Source: a virus
Lineage: Duplodnaviria > Caudoviricetes
Strand: one strand, 5' to 3'
IMG/VR virus record: IMGVR_UViG_3300011439_000390
Span: 1 to 24,564 of that record
Length of the DNA: 24,564 nucleotides
How positions within the stretch are numbered: the first letter of the stretch is position 1; each line of letters opens with the position of its first letter. This document shows positions 9,514-16,677 of the stretch, piece after piece. The position numbers were made by a program, and so were the translations under genes. Below the pieces are notes generated by a model. The model was not told where the DNA came from. It saw only the letters and a list, made by a program, of their open reading frames with translations, and made no database searches.

Positions 9514-9816
9514 ATGCGGCGCTATTTCGTGCGAACGGTCGGCGGCGTGGTGGACGAGGTCCTCGAGATCGACGGGGAAGGCGCGGCGAGCGCGACGCCA
9601 CCGGACGGGATGACGGAAGTGACCGATCACCCGGAGGTCGGCCAGGGCATCGAGCACAAGCAGCTCCTGCTGCGTCCGTTCGACGCGCAGCAGAAGACGT
9701 TTGGCGACAAGTTGAGCGAGGCGGCGGCCGACGCGCTGATGCACCCGAAGATCGAGGCGCCGGCGGAACCGCTGGAGGCGCCGACGGCACCCGAAGCGCC
9801 GGAGTCGGAGGTCTAA
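9514..9816 (+). CDS. Hypothetical phage protein
   Basis: 100-aa acidic ORF in the operon with high GC3. Confidence 0.65.
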   Translation: MRRYFVRTVGGVVDEVLEIDGEGAASATPPDGMTEVTDHPEVGQGIEHKQLLLRPFDAQQKTFGDKLSEAAADALMHPKIEAPAEPLEAPTAPEAPESEV

Positions 9817-9820
9817 CGCC

Positions 9821-10393
9821 GTGGCGTCCTGGAGCTTTAAAGACTTCTTCAGCACTGAGAAAAAGGTCCGCGCGACCTTCGTCGGCGACGAGGGCGTGCA
9901 GCACGTCCGCCTCACGGAGAACGACGGCAGCGACGGCGCGATCGCCGCGAAGCTGGGGTCGCTCACGGAGACGGCGCCGGCGAGCGACACCGCCTCAAGC
10001 GGCCTGAACGGGCGCCTGCAGCGGATCGCGCAGCGACTCACGACGCTCATCGGCGCGGTCGCGGTGATGGCGACGCGGCAGGACACCTATACCGGCGCGG
10101 CGTCCGGCACCGCCATCAACGCCGCCACCACAGGGCTCGCGCGGCACAGTCTGCAGGTCAAAGGCACCGGGGCCGCGCCGACGGCGTGGAACGTCGTCTA
10201 CGAGGTGAGCCTCGACAATGCCAACTGGACGATCCTCATCACCCACAGCAACACCGGCGGCGATGCCGACGGCGCGCTGAAGTTTGCGCCCGGCGGCGAC
10301 GCCTATCCCGCGCTCTACACGCGCTCCCGGTGCGTGTCGATCACGCTCGGCGGCGCGTCCAACGTCGTCGTCACCATCGTAGGACTGCCATGA
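9821..10393 (+). CDS. Putative tail fibre/virion protein
   Basis: RBS GGAGG; 190 aa with 'LGSLTETAPASDTASSGLNGRLQRIAQRL' and a C-terminal beta-sandwich ('YEVSLDNANWT'). Confidence 0.7.
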   Translation: MASWSFKDFFSTEKKVRATFVGDEGVQHVRLTENDGSDGAIAAKLGSLTETAPASDTASSGLNGRLQRIAQRLTTLIGAVAVMATRQDTYTGAASGTAINAATTGLARHSLQVKGTGAAPTAWNVVYEVSLDNANWTILITHSNTGGDADGALKFAPGGDAYPALYTRSRCVSITLGGASNVVVTIVGLP

Positions 10394-10929
10394 AGAAACT
10401 GCTGATCCTTCTCTTCCTCACACTTGCGCTCGCGCTCTCGTCGGCCGCCGCCGCACGAGCCGAGGTCACACTCAACCGGTATGCGGAGGCCGAGGCCGCG
10501 ATGGCGGCCGCGCAGTTCACTGAAGAGAAGGTGGACGTCTCCAAGTGCAACAGCGTGACGTGTCCGCCGGCGATCTGTAACGACGCGAACAAGATCACGA
10601 CCGCGCCGATTGCCATCTCCTCATCCGGGAAGAACCAGATCGTCGCGCTCAGCGGGACGACGCTCATTTACATCTGCGGCTACGACATCCTGGCCGACGG
10701 CGACGTCGATCTGCAGTTCGTGTACGGCACCGGCTCCAGTTGCGGTACGGGCGAGACGAATATCAGCGGCCTCTATCCGCTGGACGCGACGAACGGCCGC
10801 GGCTTCGTGAGGACCAACGCGGGGCATGTGCAGATCAAGGTGCCCTCGGGCCAGGCGTTTTGCATCGAGCTGTCTGGAGCGATCGCCGTCGGTGGCTATC
10901 TCACCTTCGTGCAGCAGAACGCGCCATGA
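10390..10929 (+). CDS. Signal-peptide-bearing Cys-rich beta protein
   Basis: ATGA overlap; N-terminus MKKLLILLFLTLALALSSAAAARA; 179 aa with 6 Cys. Confidence 0.8.
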   Translation: MKKLLILLFLTLALALSSAAAARAEVTLNRYAEAEAAMAAAQFTEEKVDVSKCNSVTCPPAICNDANKITTAPIAISSSGKNQIVALSGTTLIYICGYDILADGDVDLQFVYGTGSSCGTGETNISGLYPLDATNGRGFVRTNAGHVQIKVPSGQAFCIELSGAIAVGGYLTFVQQNAP

Positions 10930-11630
10930 GGACGCTACCCCTCACCCTCCTCGTCGCGCTGCTGCTCGTCGCCGGGCCGGACGCCGAGGCCGCGGTCACG
11001 CTCGTCCAGACGGCGAACAACACGCAGAGCGGCGACGCGAACGTCACGTTCGGCATGAACACGCAGACCGGCAACGCGGTGGTGGTGGCGCTCATGCACA
11101 ACGGCGGCGCCAGCGGCACGTATGGCATCTCTGACGCGACGAACGGCGCCTATACACAGGCGGTCATCGGCGGCTCGCCGACCCTGGTCGTCATCAAGCA
11201 CTTTCGGAATATCACTGGCGGGTTCGTCAACGTCGCCATCGACGCACCAAGTGGCGGCGACAACTGGACCGCCTGGGCCTACGAATTGAACGGCGCGGAC
11301 AACTCGGCGATGGTCCAGACCGGCACGAACGGCGATACCGGCACGAGCCACACGTCGTCGAGCACGGGCCTGACCGCGACGGGTTTCGGCGTGGCGACAT
11401 GTATCTACAGCGGCGCGCCGACCACGACAGCGGGCTCTGGCTGGACACGCGATACGGCAGGCTCCGGGGTTGGACACATGGCGCAGCATCAGATCGCCGC
11501 GTTCAGCTCGAACACGGGGCCGTTCACGACCGGGAGCAGCGTCGACACGATCTGCGCGATGGGGATTTATCCAGAAGCCGCCGCGGGCGGCGGGGCACGT
11601 GGGAAGCGGACCTTACTGGGGGTCGGCTGA
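10926..11630 (+). CDS. Signal-peptide-bearing Thr/Gly-rich virion-like protein
   Basis: ATGA overlap; N-terminus MRTLPLTLLVALLLVAGPDAEA; 234 aa ending GGGARGKRTLLGVG. Confidence 0.8.
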   Translation: MRTLPLTLLVALLLVAGPDAEAAVTLVQTANNTQSGDANVTFGMNTQTGNAVVVALMHNGGASGTYGISDATNGAYTQAVIGGSPTLVVIKHFRNITGGFVNVAIDAPSGGDNWTAWAYELNGADNSAMVQTGTNGDTGTSHTSSSTGLTATGFGVATCIYSGAPTTTAGSGWTRDTAGSGVGHMAQHQIAAFSSNTGPFTTGSSVDTICAMGIYPEAAAGGGARGKRTLLGVG

Positions 11631-13291
11631 TGGTCCGCGTGCTGCTGACGCTCCTCTTGCTGTGCGCGGCGAGCGCCGCCGAGGCCGCGAACTTCCATGT
11701 CTCGAAGACCGGCAACGACAACAACACCTGTGCGCAGGCCCAGCAGGTCGACGGCCAGGGGAACCCGACCGCGCCCAAGCTCACGTTCTCCGGCACCAAC
11801 GGTGTCGGCAAATGCACGATCACCGCGGGGGATGAGATTCGCGTCGGCGCGGGGGTCTACAACGAGAATTTCTGGCTGAACGATTCTGGCGGTGCGCCGA
11901 ACGTCGGCGGCATCGGCAGCGGCACGAGCTGGACGAACAAAATCTGGATTCGCGGCTGGCCGGCCGGCACGGTGTGGACGCTGCGCCCGCTCGCCGACAA
12001 CGGCAACAGGCCCTGGTGCCTCGCGGTTGGCATCAATCGCGCGTTCATCGAGTTCGACTACGTCTATGTCGACGGCGACTTTTGCACCAGCCCTGTCACG
12101 ACCGGATGGGGCGCGCATCATATCCGCTTCAACCACTGCGAAATATCTGGCAACACGAGCGTTCCGTTCGCGCTGATCCAGTTCAACGATCACGGCGCCG
12201 GCTTCCACGAGATCACGCGATGCGAGATCCATCACGGCGGAACAAATGAAGGCCTCAGCCACGGGATCTATTCGGCTGACGACAACGTGCTGATGGAGGA
12301 CAACGACATACACAACTTCTCGGCGTGCGGGATTCACGTTTACAGCGGGAGCGGTCCGACCGCCGGGAGCAACACGGCGCGGCGGAACAAGGTCCACAAC
12401 AACTTACAACTGTCGGGATCGCGCCGCGGCTGCGGCATCCTCTATGCGTCGTCGGCGCCATCAGGCCTGATCGTCAACAACGTCATCTGGGACATTTTCC
12501 CGTCGAACAGCGGACAGTCGTCAAATTCGGGCTGCCTCGTGATCGGCAGCAGCTCCGCGACGGTCATCAACAATACCTGCTACAACCCGGCCACGTATTG
12601 CGTCCAGTTCGATAGCGGCGCGACGAATCTGACGGTGCGGAACAACGTCTGTGCAGCCACGCCGACGGTCCGCCTCATAGGACCGGGCGGCGCCAGCTTC
12701 GCGAGTGAGACGAACAACTACGGCACACCGGTCTCGGCTGGGGGGTGGACGAATGCCGATCCGCTCCTGGTCAACCCCGGCGCGGACGACTTCCGGCTCC
12801 AATCAGGGAGCCCGGCGCGCAATAACGGCGCGACGCTCACGCAGGCGACGCCCGACATTGTCGGCACCGTGCGGCCCCAAGGCGGCGCCTACGATCCCGG
12901 CGCTTACGAGTTCATCGAAGGCAACACCGCGCCGATCATCACGATCACAGGGCCAACCTCGGACGCGAACTACTTCACTGAGTTCGCCAACCTCGGGCCG
13001 CCCTTCGCGCCGCTCTCCGGCACCGCGAGCGACAACCTCGCCGTTGTCACGTGTAGTTGGTCGAACAGTCGCGGCGGCGCCGGTTCGTGCGAGGGCCTCG
13101 AGACGTGGTTCGTGCCGGTGATCGTGCTGCAGCCGGACAAGAACGTGCTCACGGTCACGGCCTGCGATGCCGGCCTGCTCTGCACCGACGCGGTGTTGAC
13201 GGTGTTCTATCAGATTCAACGCTACAGCCTGCCCTTCTGGCTTGGGCGACTCGTGGAGGTTCCGCAATGGCTCGTCTCGTATGGACATTGA
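11630..13291 (+). CDS. Signal-peptide-bearing right-handed beta-helix protein (pectate-lyase-like depolymerase/adhesin) with C-terminal Ig-like domain
   Basis: TGATG coupling; signal MVRVLLTLLLLCAASAAEA; 'FHVSKTGNDNN', Asn-ladder repeats (HGIY, DNDIHN, RNKVHNN, NNVIW, NNTCYN, RNNV), 'GTVRPQGGAYDPGAYEF', then 'APIITITGP...LSGTASDN'. 553 aa. Confidence 0.88.
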   Translation: MVRVLLTLLLLCAASAAEAANFHVSKTGNDNNTCAQAQQVDGQGNPTAPKLTFSGTNGVGKCTITAGDEIRVGAGVYNENFWLNDSGGAPNVGGIGSGTSWTNKIWIRGWPAGTVWTLRPLADNGNRPWCLAVGINRAFIEFDYVYVDGDFCTSPVTTGWGAHHIRFNHCEISGNTSVPFALIQFNDHGAGFHEITRCEIHHGGTNEGLSHGIYSADDNVLMEDNDIHNFSACGIHVYSGSGPTAGSNTARRNKVHNNLQLSGSRRGCGILYASSAPSGLIVNNVIWDIFPSNSGQSSNSGCLVIGSSSATVINNTCYNPATYCVQFDSGATNLTVRNNVCAATPTVRLIGPGGASFASETNNYGTPVSAGGWTNADPLLVNPGADDFRLQSGSPARNNGATLTQATPDIVGTVRPQGGAYDPGAYEFIEGNTAPIITITGPTSDANYFTEFANLGPPFAPLSGTASDNLAVVTCSWSNSRGGAGSCEGLETWFVPVIVLQPDKNVLTVTACDAGLLCTDAVLTVFYQIQRYSLPFWLGRLVEVPQWLVSYGH

Positions 13292-13725
13292 TCGCGCTCG
13301 GTATCGCCGCGCCGACGTGGGCGCAGAACCCGTGCACCCCGCCGCCGCCGGCGCTGACCGTGCTGACCAGCACGAACCACGCGGTGCACGGCAGTTTCCC
13401 CGATTTCACAGCGACGTTTGGCGGCGCGCCGAAGTGGACGGAGACCGAGCTGTTCGTGGTCGAGCGCGGCACGGGGCCCTCGACCGGGGTGCCGGTCGCG
13501 AGTGTCAGCGTGACGAAGGCGTCGTGGTCGCTCGTGGCGGGCACGGCGGACTGCTATCGGCTGTCGACCGTGGGCGCCTTCCTGTTCGGCGTCGAGCCAG
13601 ACAAGGAATACGACCTCTATGCGCGCACGGCGAACGGCGCGACGAAAGGCGCCTGGTCGAACCCGGTCCCTTTCGGGCGGCCGGGGCCGCTGCCTGCACC
13701 GACGGCGCTACTGATTACGCCGTAG
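13267..13725 (+). CDS. Signal-peptide-bearing FN3/Ig-like protein
   Basis: N-terminus MARLVWTLIALGIAAPTWA; C-terminal 'EPDKEYDLYART.NG...GAWSNPVPF...PAPTAL' is FN3-like. Confidence 0.75.
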   Translation: MARLVWTLIALGIAAPTWAQNPCTPPPPALTVLTSTNHAVHGSFPDFTATFGGAPKWTETELFVVERGTGPSTGVPVASVSVTKASWSLVAGTADCYRLSTVGAFLFGVEPDKEYDLYARTANGATKGAWSNPVPFGRPGPLPAPTALLITP

Positions 13726-13736
13726 ATGCGCCGCTC

Positions 13737-13868
13737 GTGAAACGGTCCCGGCGGCCGGACGTCGACGCGTTGCGCGTGGCGATGCGTGCGGAGGGATGGC
13801 GGTACGTCACCGACGTCCGCGTGCGCGCGAACGAGGTGGATGTGTTGTTTCGATGCGAAGGAGCCTGA
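13737..13868 (+). CDS. Small hypothetical protein
   Basis: GTG start, 43 aa, fills an operon gap; no clear RBS. Confidence 0.4.
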   Translation: MKRSRRPDVDALRVAMRAEGWRYVTDVRVRANEVDVLFRCEGA

Positions 13869-13873
13869 CGCCG

Positions 13874-14281
13874 ATGAACGAGATCGATACCACCGACCCA
13901 CGGGCGGACTATCCGCCGGATCGAATGTTCGTGAACCAGGGCACCGACCGGCGCATTCCTGGCGCGCTCGGCACACAGCTCGCGCTGATCCAGCGGCTGC
14001 AGTCGTTCAAGTCCGCCGAGCCGCCGCAGATTCGCGTCGAGCAGTGGGCGGGCGGGGCGTTGTTCGAGACGCAGACCTGGCCGAACGGGCGACAGCATGT
14101 CGCGATCGCCATTCCCTACAGCGGACGGTGGGCGACGATCCGATTCGGCTGGAGGTGGGATCGCTTCTGGGGTGACGAGAACGTCCGTGGCTACAACCCG
14201 CACCCTCAGATCGTTGGTGGCGCGATTCTCGATTGCGTCGTGAAGCTTCGCGCGCGCGAGCCGTTCATTTCGACCGAGTAA
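13874..14281 (+). CDS. Hypothetical protein (Trp/Arg-rich)
   Basis: RBS AAGGAG before ATG 13874; 135 aa containing 'IRFGWRWDRFWG'. Confidence 0.7.
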   Translation: MNEIDTTDPRADYPPDRMFVNQGTDRRIPGALGTQLALIQRLQSFKSAEPPQIRVEQWAGGALFETQTWPNGRQHVAIAIPYSGRWATIRFGWRWDRFWGDENVRGYNPHPQIVGGAILDCVVKLRAREPFISTE

Positions 14282-14299
14282 GTGTTTGAGTAAGTGTTT
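14276..14299. repeat. Perfect 12-bp tandem duplication (GAGTAAGTGTTT)x2
   Basis: Copies at 14276-14287 and 14288-14299. Confidence 0.95.
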
Positions 14300-14319
14300 A
14301 CCGGCCACAGATCCTCACC

Positions 14320-14544
14320 ATGTCGCCCGACGATCAGGTCACCCTCGGCGAGCTCTATCGGCTCTGTGAGCGGATGAGCGACCAACTCGACGCGATCGCC
14401 GGCGACCATTACAAGCTCGAGACACGCGTCGGTATCCTCGAGGATCGCGAAAACCGCGGCGCCAAGCTGGGCGGCCTCTGGGGCTCGATCGGCGGGCTCG
14501 TCGGCGGCTTCTTCGCGGGGCTGATGGGCGGGAAGGCGTCATGA
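14320..14544 (+). CDS. Holin-like membrane protein (coiled coil plus C-terminal TM helix)
   Basis: 74 aa, 'LETRVGILE' followed by a Gly-rich hydrophobic helix; lies upstream of the lysin. Confidence 0.7.
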   Translation: MSPDDQVTLGELYRLCERMSDQLDAIAGDHYKLETRVGILEDRENRGAKLGGLWGSIGGLVGGFFAGLMGGKAS

Positions 14545-14639
14545 CGTTCAGCCTCGACGTCGGCGGGATTCAGGCGGTCTGTTGGACGGTGATCGTCCTC
14601 TGCCTATGGGGCCTCTGGCGGCGCTGGAGGCCGTCGTGA
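14541..14639 (+). CDS. 32-aa single-TM peptide in the lysis cassette
   Basis: MTFSLDVGGIQAVCWTVIVLCLWGLWRRWRPS with ATGA/GTGA overlaps at both ends; too short for the ORF track. Confidence 0.6.
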   Translation: MTFSLDVGGIQAVCWTVIVLCLWGLWRRWRPS

Positions 14640-14926
14640 GACTCCGACTTGTTCGCGAACCGTCACTGGAGGGCGCGACGCTCGGTTGCCTATTCGTCGA
14701 CGGGCACTTCGCCGCGTTCACACTCGAAGACGAGATCCGTGAGCGGCCGGGCGAACCGGTCGGCGCGTGGAAGGTGCCCGGCGCGACCGCGATTCCCGCA
14801 GGCCGCTACCGCGTGATTGTCACGCCGTCGCACCAAAAAATAGGCGCATTATCGGCCCTTGCTGGGCGCAAGGAAAGCAGCCGATAATGCGTAGAGCGGA
14901 CGCTCTCTATGGAGGGTGCCCACCAC

Positions 14927-14977
14927 GGGCTATTCCCATTCGTTATCAGGCGGGCGGGAATGGCCCTTCTTCTTTTT
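14927..14977 (+). terminator. Intrinsic-terminator-like hairpin inside the insertion
   Basis: GGGCTATTCCC (14927-37) pairs with GGGAATGGCCC (14956-66), followed by TTCTTCTTTTT. Confidence 0.55.
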
Positions 14978-15034
14978 GGCCCTCGCGTCGGTGGGGTCGT
15001 GCGGCGGACGCGAGAGCCAGCGCCCTCCTAGTCA

Positions 15035-15410
15035 TCAGGCGCCTCCTTCTCCTGAGCCTTGCTCCGCCGCCGACACTGGCGCGGATGATTTCTTGGAGCG
15101 TTTCTTTCGCGTGGCTTTGGCTTTCCCGCTCAGCTTTTTCTCGCTGTCTGGTTCCGAGTCCCCATTTCGTCCCTTCTTTGCACGCGGCTCGTACCAGCCT
15201 TCCAAGCCAAACATCCCGTTTGGAAGCGCGACGAAACACGGCCGTGCTCTTCACCAGCGCAATCGCCAGGATCCGAGGACGATGCCCCTTGGCCCAGCCC
15301 TGCTCGTTGAAATCGAATCCACCCTGCTCAAGAGCTTTGACGATCTCCTCGGTGCTTGCGGCGCGCTTGATCCGCTCCATGTATTCGCGCACAGCCGTCT
15401 GAAAGGGGGG
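15035..15410 (-). pseudogene. 5'-truncated, frameshifted gene fragment (possible winged-helix-like domain with basic tail)
   Basis: Reads FQTAVREYMERIKRAASTEEIVKALEQGGFDF...VKSTAVFRR; skipping one base at ~15227 continues LPNGMFGLEGWYEPRAKK...GGA*. An in-frame stop lies just upstream at 15414-15416. Confidence 0.5.
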
Positions 15411-15418
15411 TGTTTAGG

Positions 15419-15559
15419 ATGTCCAAGAAGGACGCGGAAGTTCCGGAGGGGTACGAGGTGATCTACACCAAGTACATTACCCTCCGGAATGGGAAGCGGC
15501 TCTATGCTTCAGCCTACGGCAAATCGGCTTGGCGGCTGGTGATCCGTGGAAAGAAGTAG
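15419..15559 (+). CDS. 46-aa basic/aromatic small protein carried by the insertion
   Basis: RBS AAAGGGGGG; MSKKDAEVPEGYEVIYTKYITLRNGKRLYASAYGKSAWRLVIRGKK; absent from the ORF track. Confidence 0.7.
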   Translation: MSKKDAEVPEGYEVIYTKYITLRNGKRLYASAYGKSAWRLVIRGKK

Positions 15560-15964
15560 CTCGTTGGAGCTAGCGGAGTACTCCCCTGAGCGCAATCCTA
15601 CCACTCTCAGATCCCAAAGGGTACTCTTAACTGAGCGGCACCAACACGCACCGGCTCGCGTGCAAATCTGCGAAGGCCCGCTCGCCTTCATTGATTCAAA
15701 CATTGGTCCGTCTAGTATATTGTTACCGTTTCAACGGCCGCTGCCGCTCCTGGTGGACGTGCCCGGGTTCGAAGGGATCCGGATTCACCCTGGCAACGGG
15801 ATCGGCGATACCTCCGGCTGCCTCCTCGTCGGCCGCGACCGCGCGCCGTGCCGCGTGTTGCAGTCGCGGGTCGCGTTCGAAGCACTCTTTCCGCTGATCG
15901 CGCGGGCCGCGGGCGAGATCTGGATCGTCATTGAGAACCCGCCGCCGGTGAGCGAGGTCGCCGC

Positions 15965-16423
15965 GTGAACGCCGACGGGATGGTCAGCCCAGATCTCTCG
16001 GACGTCTTGCGCAGGATGACGCCGATCGCGCCGTTCCCGTGCCCGATCTGTGACGCGCCGCCGCAGCAGCGTGAGCACGTCCGCGGCGCCGAACTGTGTA
16101 ACGGCTGCGGCTTCGCGATTCGCCTCAACGAGCGGGGTGAGCTCGTGTACTTCGCGGCCACGAACAAGAACTTCCCGCGCGCCGCCCGACGCCTCGCGGC
16201 GCTTCTCGTCCCGATCGTCCTCCTTGTCGGGTGCGCGAGTGCGACGCGGGCCCCGGCCACGGCTCCCACGCCGCCGCTCGTCCTCCACGAAACGCTGTCG
16301 AGCGACGAGCAGGTCTGCGTCCTCCTCGACCCCTGGCACTATCAGCGGCAGTTCGCGTGCGTGACCGTCGGCGAACTCCGCCGCTACATTCGGCAGCGCA
16401 CGTCCGCGCAGCTGCGGCCGTGA
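15965..16423 (+). CDS. Zn-ribbon plus internal lipobox protein (spanin candidate)
   Basis: GTGA overlap with the lysin end; CPIC...CNGC, then RAARRLAALLVPIVLLVG-C and a Pro-rich segment. Confidence 0.6.
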   Translation: MNADGMVSPDLSDVLRRMTPIAPFPCPICDAPPQQREHVRGAELCNGCGFAIRLNERGELVYFAATNKNFPRAARRLAALLVPIVLLVGCASATRAPATAPTPPLVLHETLSSDEQVCVLLDPWHYQRQFACVTVGELRRYIRQRTSAQLRP

Positions 16424-16555
16424 GCGCGAGTCGTGGCGATGAAGCCGCCCTGTCCGGACTGGCCGACGCGCGAAGAGCCCCGCGAGGATGACGCACTTCC
16501 GCGGCTGCAACCAGACGAATCGGCGTTACACTCGCGCGTTAGGAGGAGATCCCCT

Positions 16556-16627
16556 ATGGGAACTCGCAAGAGCGCGGCCCGCCCGACCGGCGGCAAGACG
16601 AAGGCGCGGCCCGCGAAGAAGCGCTGA
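16556..16627 (+). CDS. 23-aa basic peptide
   Basis: RBS AGGAGGAGA, upstream TACACT, sequence MGTRKSAARPTGGKTKARPAKKR, followed by a hairpin. Confidence 0.45.
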   Translation: MGTRKSAARPTGGKTKARPAKKR

Positions 16628-16632
16628 CGCAC

Positions 16633-16665
16633 CGGATCGGCGGCGCGGTACCCGCCGCCGGTTCG
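16633..16665. terminator. GC-rich hairpin between convergent genes
   Basis: CGGCGGCG (16638-45) pairs with CGCCGCCG (16653-60), extendable to about 13 bp with G-U pairs. Confidence 0.6.
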
Positions 16666-16677
16666 ACCTCCTTCCCC

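Larger units (their letters stand above)
14835..15727. mobile_element. ~893-bp foreign insertion without a transposase, flanked by ACC
   Basis: Interrupts the lysin gene; visibly lower GC than its flanks; ACC at 14832-14834 and 15725-15727. Confidence 0.75.
14636..15968 (+). pseudogene. DUF5675-like putative lysin gene, split by an insertion
   Basis: 5' part 14636-14834 (MRLRLVRE...TLGCLFVDG...FTLED...KVPGATAIPAGRYRVIVTPSH) and 3' part from 15729 (FQRPLPLLVDVPGFEGIRIHPGN...DTSGCLLVG...SRVAF) join into one family-typical sequence. The lysin role is inferred from synteny. Confidence 0.85.

Noticed and set aside
11630-13291. DGR target or shufflon in the tail region
   Set aside because: No reverse transcriptase, template/variable repeat pair or repeated inversion sites seen in this window.
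14946-15392. 148-aa minus ORF as an intact gene (and the 181/211-aa plus ORFs over it)
   Set aside because: The protein-like sequence continues in another frame after ~15227; the plus-strand ORFs read as Phe/Ser-rich antisense shadows.
14834-15722. Terminal inverted repeats or a dif-like site at the insert ends
   Set aside because: CAAAAAATAGGCGC versus CAATATACTAGACGG matches only about 10/15 with a gap, and the match to XerC/XerD arms is poor.
14835-15727. Group I or group II intron in the lysin gene
   Set aside because: No 5' GTGCG group II start and no in-frame exon-terminal U. AAACATTGGTCC looks a little like a group I S element, but I found no matching P7 partner.
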